IMG/VR virus record: IMGVR_UViG_3300025133_000032
From: a virus
Strand: one strand, 5' to 3'
DNA length: 64,000 nt
The notes beneath the pieces were generated by a model. That model saw only the letters and a program-made list of their open reading frames with translations. It did no database searches and was not told where the DNA came from. Below, piece after piece: positions 57,362 to 64,000 of this stretch (position 1 is the first letter of the stretch; each line of letters starts with the position of its first letter). Made by a program: the position numbers and the translations under genes.

Positions 57362-58330
57362 TTATATGTCATCACAGTAATATTGTATTAAATTCTTTAA
57401 TTGTTTGTCGAATGTATGACGTGGAGCCCAGCCTAATGCTTTAGTCTTTGAACAATCTAAAGCATATCTCAAATCACACCCAGAACGGTCATTACTTGAG
57501 TCAACGACATCATCATACTTTAGCTTTCTAAACTTGCAGACCTTTTCAACAATTTCTTTCACGCTAAATTCTTCAGGTGAAGCTATATGATAAGACTCAT
57601 TGCAGTTACCCTCGCTTATTATCTTGTAAAGAGCCTCTACATTATCATCAACATGGATCCAGTTTCTGATGTATGAACCATCACCATGAACTAGCGCTTT
57701 TTTGCCAGTTACTAACTTCGTGATCACGTTAGGAATCAATTTTTCGACGTGTTGCCGAGGCCCATAATTATTTGTTGTTCTTGTTATAATATATGGGAGA
57801 CCGTACGTTCTGCCCCAAGACACGACAAGCTGTTCGGCCATCGATTTTGTTGCTGCATACGGGTTGCTTGGCATATGCCTATCATCTTCTTTGAAAAACC
57901 CATGTAAGATATCCCCGAATACTTCATCAGTTGATATCTGGATGAATAGTGGGGGTTTATATGACCAAGACGACATCATATTCTTTATTTTTTTGTTCTT
58001 TATTATCTCCAAAAGATTATGAACACCTAAAACATTCGAATTTAAAAATACGTCATTGCCAGAAATAGAGTTATCCACATGAGACTCAGCAGCAAAATTT
58101 ACTATAACATCACAATGAGGAATATCATCTAATTTGCTAATGTCTGCTTTCTTATATGCATACTCGCCTGTTGAACAAACAAGCTTCATCCCAGTATTTG
58201 CTGCATATGTCTCTTTGTCTATGTTTATTACCTTATGTCCATGTCTCAAGCATAGATCAACGAAATGTGAGCCAATGAAACCAAGGCCTCCAGTACATAG
58301 AATAACTTTCTTTCTTTCTAGCCTGTTCAT
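57362..58330 (-). CDS. rfbB: dTDP-glucose 4,6-dehydratase
   Basis: TGGLGFIGS, NFAAESHVDNSI, ISTDEV, PSNPYAATK, NNYGPRQ..EKLIP and R.W.HV.D. Confidence 0.92.
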   Translation of the reverse strand: MNRLERKKVILCTGGLGFIGSHFVDLCLRHGHKVINIDKETYAANTGMKLVCSTGEYAYKKADISKLDDIPHCDVIVNFAAESHVDNSISGNDVFLNSNVLGVHNLLEIIKNKKIKNMMSSWSYKPPLFIQISTDEVFGDILHGFFKEDDRHMPSNPYAATKSMAEQLVVSWGRTYGLPYIITRTTNNYGPRQHVEKLIPNVITKLVTGKKALVHGDGSYIRNWIHVDDNVEALYKIISEGNCNESYHIASPEEFSVKEIVEKVCKFRKLKYDDVVDSSNDRSGCDLRYALDCSKTKALGWAPRHTFDKQLKNLIQYYCDDI

Positions 58331-58740
58331 TTACTTAAATTATACTCTTCCCAGTTATCAAATTTAACAGAATCATCAGTTTTTTCATGCCAGGCGATAT
58401 TAGGCATACAAAGAATAATACCTTCAGCAGACATACATTTATACTGCGCTGGTACACCCGCAATAATCTTTGCTAATATAGACTTCCCAGCTCTGTCTCT
58501 TAGCATTATCTCTTCTTTTATGCCATTAACTTCAGTGACAAGCATAACTACACCAGAAATCGCAGTGACAAGACTATCTCTTTTAGTATGTACGATGGGG
58601 CCTTTGACAGAATGAAGTGACATTGAGGTTGTATATACCATCTTTACTTCATGATTCTCATGCCAAGCGTCGTAATCTTTAAAGATGGGCGTCATATAAC
58701 CCTCTTTTGTTCTAAACTTTTGTATGACATGATTATTCAT
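58327..58740 (-). CDS. Cupin, RmlC/FdtA-like NDP-keto-sugar isomerase/epimerase
   Basis: R..EG.M.P, MVY.T, VKGPIVH and a GVP strand; upstream of rfbB. Confidence 0.6.
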   Translation of the reverse strand: MNNHVIQKFRTKEGYMTPIFKDYDAWHENHEVKMVYTTSMSLHSVKGPIVHTKRDSLVTAISGVVMLVTEVNGIKEEIMLRDRAGKSILAKIIAGVPAQYKCMSAEGIILCMPNIAWHEKTDDSVKFDNWEEYNLSK

Positions 58741-59422
58741 GCAAGAACCCGCGTGACCTCACAAAATTAATCGTCTGTAACTGCTTTGCCTCGGCCCAGT
58801 CTCTATCAGAGATTGAGCATGATTCAATGTTATAAAGATAGCATACTTCAGATACATACTTCTTTGATGAAGCGACAGTGAGTAAAGGTAACATTAACGC
58901 TTGATCATATCCCCTTTTAAACCAATCACCAACGTTATCCTGAAAATTTGACTCTGGGATTTGATCTAGTAGTGATGCTTTGAAAGTTCTCAGATGTGAT
59001 GACACCCAGGGAGTTTGGTATGGATCACGAGGAAGTAAGTCTCTTGATATGTTTAACCCGTTTATATCCCACTTATGTGCTGTCCAAACTACATCATGAC
59101 CGGCTTCATATTCATTCATCAAAATATCAACAGTATTTACATTACATAATGAGTCATCGCCATCAATTACAGCGATAATATCATCTTTTGATGAATGAGC
59201 CTTAACAGCACTAATGATGTTTTTCAATGCGTATTGTCTTTCGTCATTTCTTATCAAATGAAATTTTAATGTACAATAATCAGGTAATACAAGGGGTGAC
59301 TCTGAGCAATCATCAATAACAACAGCACGCCAATCTTGCGACTGCTGCGAAATAATTGAGTATGTTAATGCTTCTATATTCTCTTGTGCGTTATAGCTCG
59401 GTATAATAAATAAAACTGTCAC
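58733..59422 (-). CDS. Glycosyltransferase, GT2 family
   Basis: IIPSYNA, VIDDCS, IDGDD and SHLRTF. Confidence 0.9.
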   Translation of the reverse strand: MTVLFIIPSYNAQENIEALTYSIISQQSQDWRAVVIDDCSESPLVLPDYCTLKFHLIRNDERQYALKNIISAVKAHSSKDDIIAVIDGDDSLCNVNTVDILMNEYEAGHDVVWTAHKWDINGLNISRDLLPRDPYQTPWVSSHLRTFKASLLDQIPESNFQDNVGDWFKRGYDQALMLPLLTVASSKKYVSEVCYLYNIESCSISDRDWAEAKQLQTINFVRSRGFLHE

Positions 59423-60151
59423 TTACCACCCCACAAGATCAGAAATATCATAATCAGGGTGCTTTATTAAAACTTGGCCATAATCAATTTCTTCATCAGG
59501 GATTCGGCGATCGTCAAAAAATATTCGGCGATCACTGATTATAAGCTCTTTTTCAAGAGGGATTTCATCGATAAGCTTTTTACACTCGATATCTTTAGTC
59601 TCAGCCTCATTATAATCATCGAAGAGCACAAACTTTGTGTATATGTCTTTAACAGATTCCCAGTCATGTTTTACGGCATCATATCTATGATCACCATCGA
59701 TATAAACCATGTCAATACTCTCAGGAATGTGTTGCAAAGCTTCAGTTACAGTACCTTTCATTAGCATTAAGTGATCGAACCAATCTTTTGGAAAAATCTT
59801 TGTTAAATTTTCTATATGAGCTTGGTCGACGTTCGGATCCACTGAGTACACTCTTGCATCGGACCATCCCATATCGGACATAGCTTTTGCAGCACAAAAT
59901 GCACCGTAGCCTCGTCCGAAGCCAATTTCAAAAAATGATTTTATTTCGAAACGCTTGACCATGTGATAGATTAGTAAACCACGCTCATAATTTGGTCTAA
60001 AAAAACAGCCTGCAGTTTTATATAGCTCGCTACCTGGGCTTCTATTTTTCTTTGCCGTAAACTCACCGATGTAATCAAAATCACCAAGCGTGATATCGCA
60101 TACAGGGAAGTCAATTTCTTCTAGCTTTTGTTTAATGCTTGTTGTTTTCAT
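59423..60151 (-). CDS. SAM methyltransferase (Methyltransf_24-like, O-methyltransferase)
   Basis: FEIGFGRGY, SVD, DMVYIDGDH.Y..V..D and FDDY. Confidence 0.85.
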   Translation of the reverse strand: MKTTSIKQKLEEIDFPVCDITLGDFDYIGEFTAKKNRSPGSELYKTAGCFFRPNYERGLLIYHMVKRFEIKSFFEIGFGRGYGAFCAAKAMSDMGWSDARVYSVDPNVDQAHIENLTKIFPKDWFDHLMLMKGTVTEALQHIPESIDMVYIDGDHRYDAVKHDWESVKDIYTKFVLFDDYNEAETKDIECKKLIDEIPLEKELIISDRRIFFDDRRIPDEEIDYGQVLIKHPDYDISDLVGW

Positions 60152-62112
60152 TACTTGTTTCTCTCTATCCAGGTAGTCATATTAGCAGGTGATTTAATTT
60201 TAACACACAAATGTTTCGTAGGTTTGCTAAAATCGATTTTGTTATGAAAAACCCAACCGCCCATCTTAGTTTTTAATCGTAATGATAAGTCTTTGATGTC
60301 TGTGTCAGTAACATCTTTCCAAGCTTTATCAAAAAACATATTCTGTTCTGGAGTGTCATCTTGTTTAACATCAAAAAGACTTTCCCAATGCTTACTCCAA
60401 TACAGCTTGTATGTTTTTATTTTTCTGTTAAGGTTAAACCATGAATAATGATGGACACTGGGCATCGCATCTATAACTTGATCAAACCACCCATTTAAAC
60501 TGCTCAAGGCACCAGCATTCGTATGAGACGCCTGCTGTGCTTGATATACGTCAGGCGTTACAAAGTTTATGCATGGGATAGGCTCGTAATTATCAAACCT
60601 AATATAGTCACACCCATCAGACCCCGGCGCAGAGTATAATTTTCCATTTTCATCGAATTTTCTAAGCTTGGCAGGTATTCCATGAGTTATATAAGGCTTA
60701 TTTCTACTCAGGCGCCACTTCCACAAATTAACATCACATCTAACTTTTTCTTCACTTCCCCAGTATTCAATCATCGGGAGAGCTAATAAATCAGCGCTCT
60801 TAGGTATCTCATGAATTATTGCTTTGATTTTTGTATAGTCATCTTCATGAACTATCTCGTCAGAATCCATCTGCCAGCAAAAATCTTTCGTGCATAATGA
60901 TCTAGCAAGAGCTTTTTGTTGGCCATCATGAACAGCAAATCTTTTTTCTAGCCAATCTCTTTTTTGCTGATGCACTATTAATTTTGGTTCTGTTTTAGCA
61001 AGGGCTTCTAAGGCTTCCATAGTGCCATCTGTTGAGCCGCCGTCAACTACGATCACTTCATCACAAAACCCAAGCATTGATTCGATGCTTTCCTGAAAAG
61101 GATAATCTTGTGTTATGCAGTCTTTGGTGGTCGTATATCCTGAAATTGTTGGTTCAAATGACATGTCAAACCTTGTGCCATTCCAGAATCTTTCTTTTGA
61201 TAAATAGAGATAGGATTCTGTGTCAAGCATCTCATCAGTATCAAACCAAATCTCATCTTTGTGCTGGACGTTTTTATTTAAATGAAGCTTGCAGCCCAGG
61301 AGTTTAGCTTCGATTACCAGTCTTGGACAAGTGTCCATCCCTGAGGGCATAAACACTAAACCTTGTGCTGCTGCTAGTTTGGCTAGCATTTCATCATAAC
61401 TAACATTCCATACAACATCATACTCTAGATTATTTTTAATGCAAAAATCTTCGGCAGCCTTGGTACCTTTAATCCAAGAAGGAGAGCCTAATACAATCCA
61501 ACGATCTGTTTTTATAGTTTTCTCTCTTAACGTCTTTATTTTTGCGAAAGTAAGATCATCAAACACAGATGAAAGAACAGTATTTTTTCCATTCTTCAAA
61601 AATGGAAACTTACTGTGGTATAACTCCATCTGACCTTCAGACATCCACCATAATGAGGCGGCAGCATGCATAAATGCAGAAACCATCTTTCCGTTATTAG
61701 AATCTTCGCAATTACATGGTGCTTGTTCTATTTCTGCGTGCTTTTCTATTGATCTATATTTACAGTACTTATAATCATATTCTATAATAGAAAAATTTAT
61801 GTTTGCACAGATACTAGGAATTAAGTTTATATCTAGATTAGAATAATTTCCAAAGATCCAGAAAAGTTTATGCCCTGATTCTAATAACTTAAGACTAACA
61901 TCACTAGATTTTAACTTAAAAACATTAAATGGGCTAGATGTTATTAAAGCTTCACTAGTAAGTTCTGCACCACCAGAATAATCATCTATAAAATTATCAG
62001 AGACAAAGACTACATCAATATTATTAGGTATAGTAATAGAGTTAAAGAGTGAAGCCCCTAAATTAATAAAAGACATTGAATATTTCCTTGTTTCCGGACA
62101 AACCAGATCCAT
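60151..62112 (-). CDS. Bifunctional glycosyltransferase (GT4-like N-terminal + GT2 C-terminal)
   Basis: N-terminal GGAEL...KG...DTCPRLVIEAKLLG; C-terminal DEVIVVDGGSTDGT...QMDSDE. Confidence 0.85.
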   Translation of the reverse strand: MDLVCPETRKYSMSFINLGASLFNSITIPNNIDVVFVSDNFIDDYSGGAELTSEALITSSPFNVFKLKSSDVSLKLLESGHKLFWIFGNYSNLDINLIPSICANINFSIIEYDYKYCKYRSIEKHAEIEQAPCNCEDSNNGKMVSAFMHAAASLWWMSEGQMELYHSKFPFLKNGKNTVLSSVFDDLTFAKIKTLREKTIKTDRWIVLGSPSWIKGTKAAEDFCIKNNLEYDVVWNVSYDEMLAKLAAAQGLVFMPSGMDTCPRLVIEAKLLGCKLHLNKNVQHKDEIWFDTDEMLDTESYLYLSKERFWNGTRFDMSFEPTISGYTTTKDCITQDYPFQESIESMLGFCDEVIVVDGGSTDGTMEALEALAKTEPKLIVHQQKRDWLEKRFAVHDGQQKALARSLCTKDFCWQMDSDEIVHEDDYTKIKAIIHEIPKSADLLALPMIEYWGSEEKVRCDVNLWKWRLSRNKPYITHGIPAKLRKFDENGKLYSAPGSDGCDYIRFDNYEPIPCINFVTPDVYQAQQASHTNAGALSSLNGWFDQVIDAMPSVHHYSWFNLNRKIKTYKLYWSKHWESLFDVKQDDTPEQNMFFDKAWKDVTDTDIKDLSLRLKTKMGGWVFHNKIDFSKPTKHLCVKIKSPANMTTWIERNK

Positions 62113-62176
62113 TTTTATATTAATGCCTATTATTAAAATGTTTAATCAGGAGCTCACAAAGTTAACTTTTTTTATT

Positions 62177-63484
62177 CTATAAGATCTCTGCAGCTAGTGA
62201 AGCTAGTCTTGATCTTTCGCCCTTAAGCATTGTAATATGACCAGCAATGTCATAATGCTTAAATTTCTCTACTGCATACGTTAAACCATTACTTACAGCA
62301 TCAATAAGATTGTTATCAATCTGGTCAATATCACCTGTCAAGACAATTTTAGTACCCTCAGCACATCGTGTTATTATTGTCTTTAGTTCATGCACTGAAA
62401 GGTTCTGTGCTTCATCGATTATGATAAACGCTTTTGGAATGGATCTTCCTCTAATATACGTCATAGCCTCAACTTCAATTGTCCCTTGTTCAAACAACAT
62501 ATTTAGTGTATCGTTTTGTTCACTTCCTATGAGGAATTCTAGGTTGTCACGAATGGGTTGAATCCAGGGAGCCATTTTTTCTTCTTTGGTACCGGGTAAG
62601 TAGCCGATATCTTTTCCGACGGGGATGACTGGCTTGCTAACGATAAGTTTTTTATAAATGCCCTTTTCGAGTGTTTGTTCTAAGCCGGCTGCCAAAGCAA
62701 GAAGCGTTTTACCAGTACCTGCAGGTCCAATCAACGATACTAAGTCGACACCAGCGTCTAATAGAATATCTGTCGCGAATGTTTGCTCTTTATTCTTTGG
62801 CTTTATTCCCCAGAATTCTCTATTATTATATACGAGAGGCTTTAGCATGTTACCACGATTTCTTGCCAAAGCTGATCCTGAGGACCCGTCATGATTCTTC
62901 AGCACAACAAATTCATTAGGCAAAAGCTCAGGACAATTTTCTATAGATTCAACTTTTAACTCACTAGAAGCATAAAACTTATCGATATTATTACCTGAAG
63001 TCAGAATGACTTGTAGACCGCCAAATATCTGCTCAGCACCACCAGCGACTCTATGCTTTAGATAATCTTCACATGGAACACCCAGAGCGTCACACTTAAG
63101 ACGCATACTAATATCTTTCGTTATTAGAAATACTCCATTTATTTTCTTGCTTATCTCTAGCGCATGCGAGATAATAAGATTATCATTCTTCCCACCATCA
63201 AGCTCTGGAGGAATAATGTCATCACTAAAGTTTTTAGTGACAATTTTTAAAGTGCCACCAGAATCAAGTTTAATGCCAGAAGAAAGATTCCCCTTCGTTC
63301 TTAGATCATCTAAGATTCTGTTGGTCGTTCTTGCATTTTTTCCAACTTCGTCTTGTCTCGTTTTCTGTTTATCTAGTTCTTCTAGTACAACAAGGGGGAT
63401 AATTACGTCATTATCGCCAAAAGAAAAAATTGATCTCGGATCGTAAAGTAAGACATTAGTATCTAGGCAAAATGTTTTTTTCAA
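62177..63484 (-). CDS. phoH: PIN-PhoH (PhoH2-type) ATPase
   Basis: PIN motif LDTNVLL; Walker A GPAGTGKT; GYLPG, YIRGRS, IIDEAQN and GDIDQID; GAGG RBS before the TTG start. Confidence 0.95.
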   Translation of the reverse strand: MKKTFCLDTNVLLYDPRSIFSFGDNDVIIPLVVLEELDKQKTRQDEVGKNARTTNRILDDLRTKGNLSSGIKLDSGGTLKIVTKNFSDDIIPPELDGGKNDNLIISHALEISKKINGVFLITKDISMRLKCDALGVPCEDYLKHRVAGGAEQIFGGLQVILTSGNNIDKFYASSELKVESIENCPELLPNEFVVLKNHDGSSGSALARNRGNMLKPLVYNNREFWGIKPKNKEQTFATDILLDAGVDLVSLIGPAGTGKTLLALAAGLEQTLEKGIYKKLIVSKPVIPVGKDIGYLPGTKEEKMAPWIQPIRDNLEFLIGSEQNDTLNMLFEQGTIEVEAMTYIRGRSIPKAFIIIDEAQNLSVHELKTIITRCAEGTKIVLTGDIDQIDNNLIDAVSNGLTYAVEKFKHYDIAGHITMLKGERSRLASLAAEIL

Positions 63485-63537
63485 TGTAACCTCATTTATT
63501 TACTGTACTTTTTTTCATCCATTTGTTAAGATAATAA

Positions 63538-63810
63538 ATGGATGAAAAAATTGTTGAAGGTGATACCTGTTTTTCTGCGAGAGAACGATATAAGTCAGAT
63601 TGTAAAGAGTCTTCTTGTAAATATTGGATAGATCATGATTCTTCTCACAATTGTGCGTTGATTGCAACGAACCAACACAAGGGAATGACCTTGGAACAAA
63701 TTGGTGATGTATTTGGGTTAACACGAATGAGAGTTTGCCAAATAGAGAAGAATATAAAAAGAAAATTATTGCCTATTCTGTCTGATCTGGATTTGCCTTC
63801 CGAGCCCTAG
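63538..63810 (+). CDS. Stand-alone sigma-70 region 4 HTH protein with Cys-rich N-terminus
   Basis: MTLEQIGDVFGLTRMRVCQIEK matches the sigma 4.2 consensus TLEEIG..F.VTRERIRQIE. Four Cys lie N-terminal. Divergent from phoH. Confidence 0.85.
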   Translation: MDEKIVEGDTCFSARERYKSDCKESSCKYWIDHDSSHNCALIATNQHKGMTLEQIGDVFGLTRMRVCQIEKNIKRKLLPILSDLDLPSEP

Positions 63811-64000
63811 GGGTTGTTCTTGGTTTCACTTTTCCACGTTGAACCTTTTTAGCAATTGGTTTTTTAACAATTGGTTTTTTAACAATCGGCTTAGCTTCAA
63901 CAGCTTCAACAGCTTCAACAGCTTCAACAGCTTCAACAGCTTCAACAGCTTCAACAGCTTCAACAGCTTCAACAGCTTCAACAGCTTCAACAGCTTCAAC
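63773..64000 (-). CDS. 3' end of a low-complexity protein: (VEA)n followed by a Lys/Pro-rich basic tail (partial)
   Basis: Manual translation: (VEA)12-KPIVKKPIVKKPIAKKVQRGKVKPRTTPRARKANPDQTE*. Confidence 0.6.
   Translation of the reverse strand, partial: VEAVEAVEAVEAVEAVEAVEAVEAVEAVEAVEAVEAKPIVKKPIVKKPIAKKVQRGKVKPRTTPRARKANPDQTE
63893..64000. repeat. Perfect 9-bp tandem repeat (AGCTTCAAC)x12, continuing past the window end
   Basis: Directly visible; 108 bp with no mismatches. Confidence 0.95.

Noticed and set aside
39807-62112. Cellular O-antigen/capsule locus or chimeric host contig
   Set aside because: No flippase, polymerase, chain-length regulator or initiating transferase is present. 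The island is interleaved with phage-type ORFs and continuous in strand and style with the baseplate genes.
270-63446. Numerous plus-strand ORFs of 60-210 aa in the track
   Set aside because: They are antisense shadows of motif-bearing minus-strand genes, with no recognisable domains or RBS.
1-64000. CRISPR array, tRNA, rRNA or structured ncRNA
   Set aside because: Intergenic gaps are about 110 bp or shorter, and I saw no repeat-spacer pattern or cloverleaf.
1-64000. Stop-codon reassignment
   Set aside because: Long genes are intact under code 11, and TAA, TAG and TGA all terminate genes at natural domain ends. The broken genes are frameshifts, not in-frame stops.

Overview
This window is a 64-kb, nearly fully coding segment of a large T4-superfamily-like (myovirus, probably jumbo/huge) bacteriophage genome. 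It uses the standard code, and almost all genes lie on the minus strand. In window order: (i) 1-5.2 kb holds recombination/replication genes (Mre11/gp47-like phosphoesterase, RuvC-like resolvase, Toprim protein) interleaved with two paralogous LRV/HEAT-repeat proteins that carry putative head-packaging leaders. (ii) 5.3-32.8 kb is a baseplate/tail structural operon (gpV/gp5-like spike, gp25, gp6/gpJ-like, CBM96-like, gpI-like with LamG domains, DUF3751-like and large orphan proteins). (iii) 32.8-33.5 kb is a phage sigma factor. (iv) 33.9-62.1 kb is a ~28-kb glycan-biosynthesis island with about 11 glycosyltransferase genes, including a GT29 sialyltransferase, plus NeuB/NeuA, an aldolase-KdsB fusion, Gmd, RfbB, DegT, GNAT, three methyltransferases, a deacetylase and a 2OG oxygenase. 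The island is interrupted by an ADP-ribosyltransferase-like gene, a PD-(D/E)XK nuclease, a stand-alone major-capsid A-domain-like gene and a family of small SH3-like paralogs. (v) The right end holds PIN-PhoH, a stand-alone sigma-4 protein and a VEA-repeat protein. Best candidate new system: phage-autonomous virion glycosylation (a sialic-acid-like glycan shield), in which the glycan island modifies a subset of structural proteins that are strongly enriched in a [S/T]-G-S tripeptide. Three frameshifted genes missed by the ORF track were reconstructed. No CRISPR array, tRNA or rRNA was seen. All family assignments come from motif recognition, not database searches.
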